Source: Ignavibacteriales bacterium
GTDB lineage: Bacteria; Bacteroidota; Ignavibacteria; UBA10030
Direction: 5' to 3'
Length of the DNA: 48,010 bases
Assembly: GCA_016207415.1 (NCBI GenBank)
Contig: JACQPT010000061.1
Coordinates: forward strand, 1 to 48,010
Shown here: positions 35,820-47,124 of the stretch, in pieces
How positions within the stretch are numbered: the first letter of the stretch is position 1
How the letters are laid out: the number at the start of each line of letters is the position of its first letter
Notes under the pieces: model-generated
Databases searched by the model: none
Told to the model about the DNA's origin: nothing
Seen by the model: the letters and a program-made list of their open reading frames with translations, nothing else
Translations under genes and position numbers: made by a program

Positions 35820-38450
35820 TTACGCCTCCAGCTTCCGCTTGGTTTCCACAATCTTGTATGCCTCGACAATGTCGCCCACCTTCACGTCGTTGAAGTTTTC
35901 GAGGCTGATACCGCATTCAAACCCCTGTTCCACTTCGCGTACGTCATCTTTGAAGCGTTTCAGGGAAGCGATCCCTCCGTCAAACACCACGACGCCGTCA
36001 CGGACCAGACGAACCTTGTTGTTGCGCACGATTGTGCCGTCTTTGACGTGGCAGCCGGCGATCGTGCCAACCTTGGAAATCTTGAAAATCTCGCGAACTT
36101 CAACGGTGGCCATGACCTCTTCCGACACCGTGGGCGCAAGCATGCCTTCCAGAGCATTTTTGACGTCGTTGATTGCATCGTAAATGATGTTATACAGCCG
36201 GATGTCCACATTCTCGTGCTCTGCAAGCCGGCGTGCATTCAGGTTGGGCCGAACGTGAAATCCAACGATCACTGCCTGCGACGCAGCGGCGAGGAGGACG
36301 TCCGATTCCGAAATTCCACCGACTCCTTTGTGAATGACATGCACATTCACTTCCTTCGTCGAGAGACGCAGCAGGGAGTCTGCCAGTGCTTCCACGGAAC
36401 CGTCCACGTCTCCTTTGACAATGACCAGCAAATCGCGAACCTGACCTTCTTTGATCTGCTTTGAAATGTCGTCGAGCGTAATGCGGCGTCGCTGGCGGAA
36501 ATCCTGCTCTCGTTTCAGTTGTTGTCGCCGCAGACTGATTTCTCGGGTCTGGCGTTCGTCGGAAAGGACAACAAAATCGTCCCCTGCCTGAGGAATGCCG
36601 TCAAAGCCTATTACTTGAACGGGTTGGGACGGTTTGGCAACCTCCACACGTCGGCCACGCTCATCAAACATGGCCCGGACTCTCCCGCTCCAGATGCCGC
36701 AGATGAAAGAATCTCCGATCCTCAGCGAGCCTTTCTGCACGAGCACGGTGCTGGTAATACCTTTCCCCTTGTCGAGCTCGGCTTCGATGACGACTCCACG
36801 CGAGAGACGGTCGGGGTTCGCCTTGAGGTCCAGAATCTCGGCCTCAAGGAGAATTTTCTCAAGCAGCTGGTCGACATTCTTCCCCGTGCGAGCTGAAAGT
36901 TCTACGGATTGGTTCTTGCCGCCGTATTCCTCCACGAGAAGTCCTTTTTCCGCCAGCTGCTGTTTAATACGGTCTGGGTTGGCTTCCGGCTTGTCCGTTT
37001 TGTTGATCGCAACAACCATCGGAACGTTGGCCGCCTGGGCATGACTGATCGCTTCCACCGTTTGTGGCATCACACTATCGTCCGCAGCAACGACGAGGAC
37101 GACGATATCCGTCACTTTCGCGCCGCGTGCTCGCATGGCGGTGAAGGCCTCGTGGCCCGGAGTGTCGAGAAACGTGATTTGTCTCCCGCTTGCCAGAGTC
37201 AGTTCGTACGCGCCTATGTGCTGCGTAATGCCCCCCGCTTCTCCTGCCACAACATTTGCGCTTCGTATGTAATCCAGAAGAGAAGTTTTCCCATGGTCCA
37301 CATGCCCCATGATTGTCACGACAGGAGGCCGAGGTTTCAGGGAGGTCGTGTCGTCCGGGCTATCTTCCAGGACGTCGGCAGCAAACTCATCTTCGAATGC
37401 GACCTGGAAGCCGAACTCGTCCGCTACAAGCGTGATCGTGTCCTTGTCCAGACGCTGGTTGATCGAAACCATCATGCCGAAGCTCATGACCTTCTGAATC
37501 ACTTCGGCGACGGATACACGCATAAGGTTCGCCAGCTCGCCCACAGTGACGAACTCCGTAACTTTGACCCTTGTTTTGTCACGTTCGATTTCCTCAAGCA
37601 GTCGCTGCGCCTCTTCTTCGCGTTTTTCCTTCTTCTTCCTGCGGAATGTGGCGCGGGAAGCGGCCTGCGCTTCATCAATGCCGGCAAGAGTTTCCCGAAT
37701 GGCCTTTTCTACTTCAACCTCGTCCACCTCCGCCCTTCGCACTTTCTTCCGTTTGCGGGCCTTGACTTCCTCATCTTCGACCTCCACAGGCACTTTAACC
37801 TGCTTCACATCCTCGCGGATCTTCTTTTTCTTCTTCTTCTTTTTCTTTTCTTCTTCCCCTTCGGCAGGCTGAGGCCGGGCTACGGGCGGCGGCGGCGTAA
37901 TCTCGATTTTTCCCTTGATCTTGAGGCCACCCTTCGCGCGGGCAACAAGTTTTTCAAGCGGAGATGACATCCCGTCTTTCTTCTTGGCGGGAGATTTTGC
38001 CTTCGGAGCTTCTTCCTCGACAGCCGGTGCCAGCGGCGGCATTTCAACTGCAACTTCTTTAGCATGTACTGGGGCCGGAGGAGCTTCCACAGCGGCTACG
38101 GATGTCTTGGCCTCGACAGCAACGGCTCTGGGTTCTTCGACGGCCTCTTCCACTTTCGCCGACACAACCACTTCTTCCTCCTTGTGGGAGGCTTTTTTCT
38201 CCGGCTTTTCCGCCTGCTCTTTTTTGCGCGTCGTTCGGAATTCCTGAACCTTTCTATGATGCCGGTCAGCAACGTCTTTTTCCTTTTTGAAGTGACCCGT
38301 GATGGCATGCATCATGTCCTCCGTCACGATGCTCATATGGTTCTTGACCTCGTATCCTTTTTTCTTCAAGAACTCGATGATCGTGTCACTCGACAGGTTC
38401 AGTTCTGTCGCGAGCTTATAGATTTTTGTCTTTTTCGCTGCTTCAGCCAT
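35820..38450 (-). CDS. infB: Translation initiation factor IF-2
   Basis: [38 protein letters not shown]. Confidence 0.98.
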   Translation of the reverse strand: MAEAAKKTKIYKLATELNLSSDTIIEFLKKKGYEVKNHMSIVTEDMMHAITGHFKKEKDVADRHHRKVQEFRTTRKKEQAEKPEKKASHKEEEVVVSAKVEEAVEEPRAVAVEAKTSVAAVEAPPAPVHAKEVAVEMPPLAPAVEEEAPKAKSPAKKKDGMSSPLEKLVARAKGGLKIKGKIEITPPPPVARPQPAEGEEEKKKKKKKKKIREDVKQVKVPVEVEDEEVKARKRKKVRRAEVDEVEVEKAIRETLAGIDEAQAASRATFRRKKKEKREEEAQRLLEEIERDKTRVKVTEFVTVGELANLMRVSVAEVIQKVMSFGMMVSINQRLDKDTITLVADEFGFQVAFEDEFAADVLEDSPDDTTSLKPRPPVVTIMGHVDHGKTSLLDYIRSANVVAGEAGGITQHIGAYELTLASGRQITFLDTPGHEAFTAMRARGAKVTDIVVLVVAADDSVMPQTVEAISHAQAANVPMVVAINKTDKPEANPDRIKQQLAEKGLLVEEYGGKNQSVELSARTGKNVDQLLEKILLEAEILDLKANPDRLSRGVVIEAELDKGKGITSTVLVQKGSLRIGDSFICGIWSGRVRAMFDERGRRVEVAKPSQPVQVIGFDGIPQAGDDFVVLSDERQTREISLRRQQLKREQDFRQRRRITLDDISKQIKEGQVRDLLVIVKGDVDGSVEALADSLLRLSTKEVNVHVIHKGVGGISESDVLLAAASQAVIVGFHVRPNLNARRLAEHENVDIRLYNIIYDAINDVKNALEGMLAPTVSEEVMATVEVREIFKISKVGTIAGCHVKDGTIVRNNKVRLVRDGVVVFDGGIASLKRFKDDVREVEQGFECGISLENFNDVKVGDIVEAYKIVETKRKLEA

Positions 38451-38479
38451 ACGTGATGATTCTCGGGCGGTCTCGGACG

Positions 38480-39874
38480 TTATTCGCCTGACGGTTTTTC
38501 TTTGGTTTTTTCTTCGGTTTCCGCTTGTGCCGATTCTCCAGCGCCATTTTCGGAGGAAACAGGTTCTGATGGCTGTTCCGCTGCCTTTGTCGGCTGAGCG
38601 CTTGGGACGGTGACGCTCTCGTCTTCATCCTCGATTTCGGCCTCTTCCAATCCCTTCTTCAGCATGGCCACAATCTCGTCGATCTTTTCGCGTTCCAATC
38701 CGAACGTCTCAACCAGCAGCTCCGGTTTGGCCTGGAGGACATCCCGGACAGTTTCGTAGCCTTCATCGAAGAATTTATGGAAAAGCAACTCGCCCAATTC
38801 CTCGCGGAACTCGGAAAGGTCCATATCGTATTCATCCTCGCCGCCTTCCTTCAACACCTGGATTTCGAACCCTGTGAGTTTCGATGCAAGACGGACATTC
38901 TGGCCATTTTTCCCGATCGCGAGCGAAACCTGGTCGTTGGCGACCAGCACCGTCGCCTTCTTGTTCTCGTTATCAACCTGCAATTCTTTCAGTTTTGCCG
39001 GCGCCAGAGCGCGCGTGATGAACACGTTAGGGTCTTCGGTGAAGTTGATGACATCGATGTTCTCGTTGTTTAATTCTCTCACGATCGCATGAATTCGGAC
39101 GCCCTTCATTCCCACACACGCTCCCACTGCGTCGATACGGTCGTCGTGGGAAACGACGGCGACTTTTGCTCGATCGCCGGGCTCACGTGCAATCCGCTTG
39201 ATCTCGATGATGCCGTCGTAGATTTCGGGGATTTCGACCTCAAACAGGCGCATTAGGAACTGAGGGTCGGTGCGGGAAATAATCACCACCGGATTCCCGG
39301 CGCCTTTTCGGACTTCCTTCACAATCGCCCTGATGGTATCGCCCTTTTTGTAGCGCTCTTTGTAGATTTGCTCGCTCCGGGGAAGGATCAGTTCATTCTT
39401 GTTATGGAGGACGAGGATTTCTCCTTTTCCTTTGCGGATCTGGTAAATCTCGCCCACGACAATTTCGCCGATCGAGCCAGTGTATTCGTTATAGATCGCT
39501 TCGCGCTCGATCTCTTTGATTCTCTGGTTCAGATTTTGTTTGGCACTGATAACGAGGCGCCTTCCAAACGATTCCAGAGGGACAATTTCGACAAACTCCT
39601 CGCCAACCTCGATATCCTCGCCGCTTTTTTTACGTGCCTCTTTCAGCTCAATTTGAGTCGAAGCATCCTGGACGGTCTCGACCACCGCTTTCTCCAGATA
39701 GATTTCGATGTCCCCCTTGTCCATGTTCACGACCACGTCGTACTTGGCTTCGAGGCCGTATTTCTTCTTGACCATCATGCCAAAAATATCTTCAACGATT
39801 CCGACAAGGATGTCTTTGTCTATTCCTTTTTCACGAACCATCTGAGCAAATGATTCGACTATTTCATGGTTCAT
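38480..39874 (-). CDS. nusA: Transcription factor NusA
   Basis: FEVEIPEI, AREPGDRAKVAV, GACVGMKG, AIGKNGQNVRLA. Confidence 0.98.
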   Translation of the reverse strand: MNHEIVESFAQMVREKGIDKDILVGIVEDIFGMMVKKKYGLEAKYDVVVNMDKGDIEIYLEKAVVETVQDASTQIELKEARKKSGEDIEVGEEFVEIVPLESFGRRLVISAKQNLNQRIKEIEREAIYNEYTGSIGEIVVGEIYQIRKGKGEILVLHNKNELILPRSEQIYKERYKKGDTIRAIVKEVRKGAGNPVVIISRTDPQFLMRLFEVEIPEIYDGIIEIKRIAREPGDRAKVAVVSHDDRIDAVGACVGMKGVRIHAIVRELNNENIDVINFTEDPNVFITRALAPAKLKELQVDNENKKATVLVANDQVSLAIGKNGQNVRLASKLTGFEIQVLKEGGEDEYDMDLSEFREELGELLFHKFFDEGYETVRDVLQAKPELLVETFGLEREKIDEIVAMLKKGLEEAEIEDEDESVTVPSAQPTKAAEQPSEPVSSENGAGESAQAETEEKTKEKPSGE

Positions 39875-39892
39875 TTCTTTCCTCCAGCATTG

Positions 39893-40354
39893 CTACCACG
39901 GTAGCTCTTCCTTCGTTTCAATAATTTGTGAGAATTCGAGAGTCAGCGGCTCGCCTGTGTCAGACGAGAACGTAATCCGCTCGCCGGCCACGCCCGCCAA
40001 TGTCCCTGTCAGCGATCTCGCTTCGGTGTCCATCCGGTAACGCACCCTGTACTTTCGGCCGATATTTTTGCGGTATTGCCGCAGGAGTTTCAGTGGTTTG
40101 TCGATTCCGGGTGATGAAATCTCCAGATGATAGTCATCGCCGACGGCTTCCTGCACTCGCAGAACCCTGCTGAGTTCTCTGCTGATTTCGGCGCACTGTT
40201 CGATCGTGACGCCCTCATCGGTATCGACTAAAGCCTGGATGAATTGTTCGCCACGCTCGCTCCTAACCTGCACATCCACAAGGAAAGCATTCTTTGCCTC
40301 CAGGATGGGCAGGATCGACCCTTCGATTTTCCGCTTTATTTCACTCAAGGACAT
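39893..40354 (-). CDS. rimP: Ribosome maturation factor RimP
   Basis: GVTIEQCAEISR, LEISSPGIDKPL; directly upstream of nusA. Confidence 0.94.
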   Translation of the reverse strand: MSLSEIKRKIEGSILPILEAKNAFLVDVQVRSERGEQFIQALVDTDEGVTIEQCAEISRELSRVLRVQEAVGDDYHLEISSPGIDKPLKLLRQYRKNIGRKYRVRYRMDTEARSLTGTLAGVAGERITFSSDTGEPLTLEFSQIIETKEELPW

Positions 40355-40359
40355 ACTTC

Positions 40360-40388
40360 AAAAAAAATAGCCCGTTACAGCGGGCTAT
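40360..40388 (-). terminator. Leader terminator/attenuator hairpin immediately upstream of rimP
   Basis: 8-bp stem ATAGCCCG (40367-40374) / CGGGCTAT (40381-40388), then a U-tract on the minus strand ending 5 nt before the rimP ATG; lies downstream of a predicted promoter. Confidence 0.7.
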
Positions 40389-40405
40389 CCACGAAACACG
40401 AATAT

Positions 40406-40434
40406 AATATAGCGATTAGGGCTTGAAGAAGCAA
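40406..40434 (-). promoter_or_regulatory. Putative sigma70 promoter of the rimP-nusA-infB operon
   Basis: TTGCTT (40429-40434), 17 nt spacer, TATATT (40406-40411) on the minus strand. Confidence 0.6.
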
Positions 40435-40519
40435 GCGGTATTCCGAGGAAACCTCGCAGGTCTCGTCCGCAATCTCGTGAGCCCTGTCAGCTTGGACTGT
40501 GGAGTCGCATCCGTTTTCA

Positions 40520-41236
40520 TTAGAAATTCGTCACCACATGATGTTTTTTGTAGAATTCGGACACGATGTCGGCTGCTTCGATTGGGTCGTCGGTCAGACG
40601 AAAAAGATCGAGGTCTTTTGAAGAAATCATTCCTGTTTTCAGCACTTTGCTCGAGATCCACTCCACGAGGCCATGCCAGTATTCCTTTCCCATCAACACG
40701 ACGGGAAAAGGCCTCGTCTTGTGTGTTTGTATGAGCGTAATTGCTTCGAAGAATTCATCGAGCGTTCCGAATCCGCCGGGTAGTACGACAAAACCGTGCG
40801 CATACTTGACAAACATGACCTTGCGCACGAAAAAATGTCTGAACGTAATAGATTTCTTCTTGTCGACAAACTGGTTCATCGCTTCTTCGAAGGGCAATTC
40901 GATTGCAACACCAATGGAACCGCCGCCCTGTTCCCTGGCACCTTTGTTCCCCGCTTCCATAATGCCGGGGCCTCCGCCGGTTAATACGTTAAAACCTCTC
41001 TTGACAAGTTCCTTCGAAACTTCTACTGCCATTTCGTAATACAGTGTCCCGGGTTGGGTCCTGGCCGACCCGAAAACGGACACGAGGTTCTGGTGCTTCG
41101 ACATGGTTGAGAAGCCCTCGACAAATTCCGCCATAATACGGAACAAACGCCAGAGGTCGTCCTGCGCCCCAAGAAGCTGGCGCAATTGCAGGTCCTGGCG
41201 CTCATCGTATAAAGTTCGATCATTCTGCTGTTCCAT
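40520..41236 (-). CDS. LOG family nucleotide phosphoribohydrolase (TIGR00730 Rossmann-fold)
   Basis: VFGSAR, TGGGPGIMEA, FFVRKVMF, PGGFGTLDE. Confidence 0.93.
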   Translation of the reverse strand: MEQQNDRTLYDERQDLQLRQLLGAQDDLWRLFRIMAEFVEGFSTMSKHQNLVSVFGSARTQPGTLYYEMAVEVSKELVKRGFNVLTGGGPGIMEAGNKGAREQGGGSIGVAIELPFEEAMNQFVDKKKSITFRHFFVRKVMFVKYAHGFVVLPGGFGTLDEFFEAITLIQTHKTRPFPVVLMGKEYWHGLVEWISSKVLKTGMISSKDLDLFRLTDDPIEAADIVSEFYKKHHVVTNF

Positions 41237-41246
41237 AAACCTCCCT

Positions 41247-41813
41247 TTATTTCAAGATGAGAAAATTCTTGAGAATTTTCTTTCCATGTTCCGTAGCAAT
41301 TGATTCTGGATGGAACTGAACTCCGTAGGTAGGATAGGTTCTGTGTTTTACTCCCATGACGGTCCCGTCGTCGGTCCAGGCTGTCAGCTGCAAGTCCTCG
41401 GGAAGTGAATCTTTTTCGACCACGAGCGAATGGTACCGGGCAGCGGTGAAGGGCGAAGGCACGTTTTTGAAAACATCTCTTCCGTTGTGAAGGATTTGCG
41501 ACGTTTTTCCGTGGAAGATTTTGTCGGCCTTCACGACCTTCGCACCAAAGGCCTCTCCGATAGACTGATGGCCAAGACAGACTCCAAGGATAGGAATCTC
41601 TTTATGGAGTCTTTTGATGAGCTCGACAGAAATCCCGGCTTGCTTTGGTGTACACGGGCCAGGCGAAATAACGATTGCGTCAGGTTTCATGTTGGCGATA
41701 TCATCCACGGTCAGCGCATCATTCCGAAAGACAGTCTGTTCGGCACCGAGCTCCCCCAGATACTGGACAAGGTTATAGGTGAATGAGTCGTAGTTATCGA
41801 TAACAAGAATCAT
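41247..41813 (-). CDS. trpG: Anthranilate/aminodeoxychorismate synthase component II
   Basis: IDNYDSFTYNL, ISPGP, GVCLGHQ, RYHSL, QFHPES. Confidence 0.92.
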   Translation of the reverse strand: MILVIDNYDSFTYNLVQYLGELGAEQTVFRNDALTVDDIANMKPDAIVISPGPCTPKQAGISVELIKRLHKEIPILGVCLGHQSIGEAFGAKVVKADKIFHGKTSQILHNGRDVFKNVPSPFTAARYHSLVVEKDSLPEDLQLTAWTDDGTVMGVKHRTYPTYGVQFHPESIATEHGKKILKNFLILK

Positions 41814-41830
41814 AGGTTGCCCAAGGACTC

Positions 41831-43321
41831 TTACGAAGTCAGCATTTCGACGGCTTTTAAATTCGCCGCGAGTTTTTCCATCGTTTCCTGGAACTCTCGT
41901 TCGGGCGTTGAATCGTGGACAATACCTGCTCCGGCCTGAAAATGCAAAATTCCATCTTTTGCAACGATGGTTCTAATGGCAATGCAGGAATCGAGATTTC
42001 CAGAGAAATCGATGTAACCCACAGCGCCACCATAAACGCCGCGCCGGGAGGGTTCCAGCTCGGTAATGATTTCCATCGCGCGGATTTTTGGCGCGCCCGT
42101 GAGCGTGCCCGCGGGAAAACACGCAAAGAGCGCGTCGATGGCGGAAAGGTCTTTTCGCAGTTTCCCCTTGACGCTGGAGACAATATGCATAACGTGCGAG
42201 TACCGCTCGACCGCCATGAGTTCCGTCACCTCAACGCTGCCGAATTCGCTAATCCGTCCGAGGTCATTTCTGCCGAGGTCAACAAGCATAAGATGTTCTG
42301 CACGCTCTTTTGCGTCGTTCATCAACTCACGCTCCAGGACAGCGTCTTCTGCTGCCGTGGCGCCCCGCCGCCGTGTGCCGGCAATGGGCCGTGTCTCCAC
42401 CGTACCCCGGTCAACGCGCACAAGCATCTCCGGCGACGACCCGATGACGGAAAACCCGCCCATGTTCAGGAAATACATGTACGGCGAAGGGTTGATCAGA
42501 CGAATCTCCCGATAAACGTCGAAAGGTGGAACCGACGCCGGCCTCCTCAGTTTCTGTGAAAGCACAGCTTGGAAAATATCTCCGTCCGCGATGTAACGTT
42601 TCACTCTTTCCACAGCGTGGAAAAATTGTTTCTGGGGGAACTCATGGATGATCGAGCCGTTTGCCTGGTGGCGTGTCAACGCTCCCGCAATGTCTTTCTT
42701 CAGTAACTCCTTAAATCTCTCGATCTCGGCGACCGCTTTCGTGTATTCGCGTCGTAAGTCGGCATCCGGCACGTCGGGAGTTGGGATGTATGCGTTCGAA
42801 ACGATAAACAATCGATGCATCACGTTATCGAAAATGACAACGGTATCGTAGAACATTAACATCGCATCAGGGACATGGAGTGCATCGTCAGTGTGAAGCG
42901 GCACGTTTTCGACAAGCTGAACGGACTCATAGCCAAAGTAGCCGACGGCCCCGCCCGACAACCTCGGCAATCCCGGTACGCTCACGGACTTGAAGTGCGC
43001 GAAAATGTTCTTCAACGCGTCCAAAGGATGGCTGCTTCCTTGGACGAGCTTTGGAGCTACCTGGACATCCTGATGGCGTGGCGTGACCCGGAATTGCTTT
43101 CCGTGGATTTCAAAAATCATAAAAGGGTCAAAACCCAGAAACGAGTATCTTGCGAGCTTCTCTCCGCCTTCGATGCTTTCCAGCAGGAAAGAATAAGGCG
43201 ATTCATCCTTCAGCTTGAGGTAGACCGAGACGGGCGTTTCGGTGTCTGCCAGAAGCGTATCGAATACAGGAACGACGTTACCTTTGGTGCAGAGGTTCTT
43301 GAATTGTTCAAACGCAGTCAT
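41831..43321 (-). CDS. trpE: Anthranilate synthase component I
   Basis: FLLES and NPSPYM Trp-binding motifs, RPIAGTR, EHLMLVDLGRND, GAPKIRAM. Start placed at ATG 43321 (ATGA overlap). Confidence 0.92.
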   Translation of the reverse strand: MTAFEQFKNLCTKGNVVPVFDTLLADTETPVSVYLKLKDESPYSFLLESIEGGEKLARYSFLGFDPFMIFEIHGKQFRVTPRHQDVQVAPKLVQGSSHPLDALKNIFAHFKSVSVPGLPRLSGGAVGYFGYESVQLVENVPLHTDDALHVPDAMLMFYDTVVIFDNVMHRLFIVSNAYIPTPDVPDADLRREYTKAVAEIERFKELLKKDIAGALTRHQANGSIIHEFPQKQFFHAVERVKRYIADGDIFQAVLSQKLRRPASVPPFDVYREIRLINPSPYMYFLNMGGFSVIGSSPEMLVRVDRGTVETRPIAGTRRRGATAAEDAVLERELMNDAKERAEHLMLVDLGRNDLGRISEFGSVEVTELMAVERYSHVMHIVSSVKGKLRKDLSAIDALFACFPAGTLTGAPKIRAMEIITELEPSRRGVYGGAVGYIDFSGNLDSCIAIRTIVAKDGILHFQAGAGIVHDSTPEREFQETMEKLAANLKAVEMLTS

Positions 43322-43779
43322 ACTTTGTAGGTAGGCCAAAAGATCTCGCAATCCGCCCCTTCGAAACGCTGGACCATCCTGCGGAATTCGTCCGGAACGG
43401 GCACAGATGCATGCTCCCGGGGATCGAGCCAGACATGGAACGCGATGTTCGTCGCCACCAGCTCTTTTGTCCTGTCCTTTTCCATGATGCCCTCCATGGC
43501 AAAGCTGGTGTTCTTGATGAACGAAACTCTTGTAGAGATGTTTATGACGTCGTCGAAGTGGGCGGGTGCCTTATAGTCGATTTCATTACGGACAAGCACA
43601 ACTCTTGATTCTCCGTTGATCGTGTTGAGGTCGAGCCTTGCTCCAAGCGCTTTGAGGTATTCAATTCGTCCGACTTCGAAGTACTGGAGATAATGCGCAT
43701 TGTGGACAATGCCTTGCCAATCGACTTCGTAATTCCTGACACAGATCTGCGTTGTATGCTTGAATTGTTTTTGGTTCAT
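43318..43779 (-). CDS. Acyl-CoA thioesterase (YbgC/FadM hotdog family)
   Basis: [25 protein letters not shown]. Confidence 0.88.
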   Translation of the reverse strand: MNQKQFKHTTQICVRNYEVDWQGIVHNAHYLQYFEVGRIEYLKALGARLDLNTINGESRVVLVRNEIDYKAPAHFDDVINISTRVSFIKNTSFAMEGIMEKDRTKELVATNIAFHVWLDPREHASVPVPDEFRRMVQRFEGADCEIFWPTYKV

Positions 43780-44813
43780 AAGGATCCGATGACCGTTTGT
43801 GCTGCGCTCTCTACTTTCTCTTTTGGAGCATCCAGGTGCATAACAGCCCTGATCTTGGTATTCGTCATTTCTGTCAGCAACACCTTCTTCGCTTTGAGGA
43901 GGGACAGAATTTCTCCGGTCGATTTGCCTGTTTTGACGATATCGATGATGACGATGTTCGTCTGGACCGAAGGCAAATCAATGTCCAAACCCGGAACCCG
44001 GGACACCGATTCTGCAAAAAGCTGTGCTTTCTCGTGGTCCTCGGACAACCGTTCGATGTTGTTCTCCATTGCATAGAGGGCCGCGGCAGCCAGCACTCCA
44101 GCCTGCCGCATGCCCCCGCCCAGGACTTTTCTGAATCTTCGAGCTTTCTCGATAGCCTCTTTTGTGCCGGCTACTGCTGAACCCACGGGCGCTCCAAGCC
44201 CTTTCGAGAAGCAAACAGATACAGTATCAAAGTATTTTGCGAATTCCTTCGGATGCGTTCCCGTAGCGATCCAGGCATTCCAAATACGGGCTCCGTCCAG
44301 ATGCATGCTGATCCCCCGGCTCGTCGTGAATGCTCTGATGCGGTCGATCTCCTGGAGAGGGTAAATCGTGCCGCCCGCCCTGTTGTGCGTGTTTTCCAGA
44401 CACACAAGCGATGTCCGCGGCTGATGATAGTCTTTCGACCTCACGGCGGATCCAATTTGATCTACGCTAAGAACCCCCCGCGTCCCCTGCAAGGTTCGAA
44501 TCTGCACGTTCGAGATCAGAGCCGGTGCTGCTGTCTCATAGTTGAAAATATGCGACCCCTCTTCAACAATAATCTCGTCACCCGGCTGCGTCAGGATCTT
44601 CACCGCGAGTTGGTTTGCCATGACACCGGAGGGAACAAACAGCGCAGCTTCTTTGCCAAGCAATTCCGCTACACGTTCCTGCAGACGGTTAACCGTTGGG
44701 TCTTCTCCAAAAACATCGTCGCCGACTTCCGCAGAAGCCATGGCATGACGCATCCCTCGGGACGGCTTCGTAACCGTATCACTCCTCAGGTCGATGAATT
44801 CATCAGCGCTCAT
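43776..44813 (-). CDS. ltaE: Low-specificity L-threonine aldolase
   Basis: [47 protein letters not shown]. Start placed at ATG 44813. Confidence 0.93.
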   Translation of the reverse strand: MSADEFIDLRSDTVTKPSRGMRHAMASAEVGDDVFGEDPTVNRLQERVAELLGKEAALFVPSGVMANQLAVKILTQPGDEIIVEEGSHIFNYETAAPALISNVQIRTLQGTRGVLSVDQIGSAVRSKDYHQPRTSLVCLENTHNRAGGTIYPLQEIDRIRAFTTSRGISMHLDGARIWNAWIATGTHPKEFAKYFDTVSVCFSKGLGAPVGSAVAGTKEAIEKARRFRKVLGGGMRQAGVLAAAALYAMENNIERLSEDHEKAQLFAESVSRVPGLDIDLPSVQTNIVIIDIVKTGKSTGEILSLLKAKKVLLTEMTNTKIRAVMHLDAPKEKVESAAQTVIGSL

Positions 44814-46485
44814 CACGTCTCTTTTTTCTGAATTTTTCAACAAAGGCTAAAATAACGAATACGACCGAGCAAAACAAACATGCCTGTGCGAACACGTCCC
44901 CATGTTTTGCGTAAAAGGTCAGTTCGAGTCTTGGCTCGATATGTTGAAGCAGATGGGCTTCGGTGTACATTTGCGTTGGCGAATAAACATTCCCAAGCGG
45001 GTCAACGAATTCAGAGATGCCACCGTTCGCACATTGGACAACCCAGCGACGGTTTTCAATCGCCCGAAGTGATGCGTAGGCGGCGTGCTGGTACGTGCCC
45101 GACGTATTCCCCCACCAGCTGTCGTTCGTGACGACAACCAGAAACTCCGCCCCTTTCCGGACAAACTCCCGCACGAAATTCGGATACACGGATTCATAAC
45201 AAATCATGGCGGAAAATTGCACGCGACGACCATCCCGCATGCCGACAGAATAGACGAGTGTATCCGCACCTTTTCCCCAGCTACTGATTCCCACGTTCCA
45301 TTTCAGGGGTTCAATAAGAAATTTCAACGTCTCCGCATAGGGAATCCTCTCAGCAAAAGGCACCAAGACGATCTTCTTGTAGACAGGTGCGATTCGACGA
45401 CCCGGCTCGATGAGAACCAGCGAATTGAATGACTCGGCGAATTGTCCAGGGCCGACCCTCTGAGACGTCACTGAGGCGTTGGCAGAATCCGAGTATTCTA
45501 GATGATGCAAGCCGGTGAGCACCGGGATGTTGATTGAATCGATGAGGTGGTGAAGCCTCGGCAGGTCGGACCAGAATCGCGGAATCAGAATGGGATAGGG
45601 AATCGCTGTCTCGGGCCAAACAATGAGATCAGGGTTCGATGCCGATATTTTTTGAGATTCGCGAAGATACCGCTCGAATTGCTGTCGGTAGGAAGTCCAT
45701 TTTGAAGCAAAGCCCTCTCCCCACTTTTCCCATGGGTCAATGTTCGGCTGAATTAATCCCAGTTTGACCAGTGAGGCGGGCTCACGACCTCTTTCCGATG
45801 CGCTCACAAGGGAGCCGTACACTACAGGGCCGACATAAATGACGATAAGAACTCCGACCGCGGCAAGCGTCGAACGTGACGTGAATCTCCATCCCGTTGA
45901 GGCGAGTTTTATCAGTAAAATAAAGGCGACTGCATTGAAAGAGAGTATGAGAAAAGACATGCCGTACGAGGAGGTGTATTCGACCAGTTGGGAGCGCAGC
46001 AGATCGTACGCCTGGCTGTTACCGATGGTTATCCACGGAAAGGAAAACTCGGACAACGAATGGCTGTATTCGTACGCGATCCACAGGAAAATAAATGAGG
46101 CAAGCCCATGCAACATCCCCATGCGCCTCCTGATGAAAAACGCGAGCACAATCGAGGGCATATAAAAGAACGGATGAGCCAGCAGCAAGGCTGCATTGGA
46201 CGTCATCAGCCAGCCGTCTCTACCGTGAGTCCACCCGCCCGTCCAATATAACGTAATCAGATGAAACACAAAGAGGAAGACATACGAGTAGCGAATCAAC
46301 TGACGGTAAGTGCTGATCCGCTCGAAGAGGATGAAATACGGAATGAATGCAACATAGGCCAGCGTGTACAGCGGCGAAGGGGGAAATGCGCAGCCCAGGA
46401 GCAGCCCCGAACCCAGGGCGAGGAACAGGTTAAATCTTTCCTGCTTTGGGCCTTCAGCAATCAACGGAATTTGAACATCAATCAA
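44803..46485 (-). CDS. lnt: Apolipoprotein N-acyltransferase
   Basis: FPW, QPNI, WPETA, K-x-x-LVPFAE, ICYES, TNDSWW, RAIEN. Start uncertain; placed at TTG 46485, overlapping the PAP2 stop. Confidence 0.92.
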   Translation of the reverse strand: MIDVQIPLIAEGPKQERFNLFLALGSGLLLGCAFPPSPLYTLAYVAFIPYFILFERISTYRQLIRYSYVFLFVFHLITLYWTGGWTHGRDGWLMTSNAALLLAHPFFYMPSIVLAFFIRRRMGMLHGLASFIFLWIAYEYSHSLSEFSFPWITIGNSQAYDLLRSQLVEYTSSYGMSFLILSFNAVAFILLIKLASTGWRFTSRSTLAAVGVLIVIYVGPVVYGSLVSASERGREPASLVKLGLIQPNIDPWEKWGEGFASKWTSYRQQFERYLRESQKISASNPDLIVWPETAIPYPILIPRFWSDLPRLHHLIDSINIPVLTGLHHLEYSDSANASVTSQRVGPGQFAESFNSLVLIEPGRRIAPVYKKIVLVPFAERIPYAETLKFLIEPLKWNVGISSWGKGADTLVYSVGMRDGRRVQFSAMICYESVYPNFVREFVRKGAEFLVVVTNDSWWGNTSGTYQHAAYASLRAIENRRWVVQCANGGISEFVDPLGNVYSPTQMYTEAHLLQHIEPRLELTFYAKHGDVFAQACLFCSVVFVILAFVEKFRKKRRDER

Positions 46486-47063
46486 GATGCGCCACTCTTC
46501 GCTCTCGTTTTCAGCCAAGTCCTTTCGGCAAAAATGAAACCAAGGACAATCACAGCGCCGCAAGCCATCCCGATCACGCTTCCACCAAGGACGTCGGAGG
46601 GGTAGTGAACTCCCACGTATACACGCGAAAAAGCGACGAGTCCAGCAAATGAAAACCACGCCCAGGCAATGCGTTGAAAAAAGAACGAAACAACCACCGC
46701 GCCTGCAAAATTGTTCACGGCATGCGACGAGGGAAATGCATATCCGCTGCCACAGGAAACGAGAAGGTGTACATCCGCCAGCTCGCGACAGGGTCGAGGC
46801 CTTTCAAGGACGAACTTGATCACCGAACTGCTCAGCTGGTCGCTCAGGGCGATCGTCGGCACGAGGAGAAGAATCGCCAGCCGGGCATTCCGGCCACCTT
46901 TGATCCACCAGACAATGAGACCCAGGACAACGACAACGAGCGCTGGCTTGTTTTTGTTCAGGTCGGTGATAAACGGCATCAGAATGTCAAAAGCACTGTT
47001 TTCCAGTGTGCGGTTGACAAAAAAGAAGACTGCCTTGTCAGCGGAGAGTAAAAATTCAGCCAC
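46482..47063 (-). CDS. PAP2 family phosphatase
   Basis: K-x6-RP, FPSSH, SRVYVGVHYPSD. Confidence 0.92.
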   Translation of the reverse strand: MAEFLLSADKAVFFFVNRTLENSAFDILMPFITDLNKNKPALVVVVLGLIVWWIKGGRNARLAILLLVPTIALSDQLSSSVIKFVLERPRPCRELADVHLLVSCGSGYAFPSSHAVNNFAGAVVVSFFFQRIAWAWFSFAGLVAFSRVYVGVHYPSDVLGGSVIGMACGAVIVLGFIFAERTWLKTRAKSGAS

Positions 47064-47124
47064 GGCAGGTTTTCACAAATACTGTTCCAATCTAGTTCTG
47101 CCTTTTTTATGGAACGCTTTTAAC

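Noticed and set aside
37820-37860. CTT/TTT low-complexity run
   Set aside because: It encodes the EEEK9 tract in the variable IF-2 N-terminus with mixed codons; not a phase-variable repeat.
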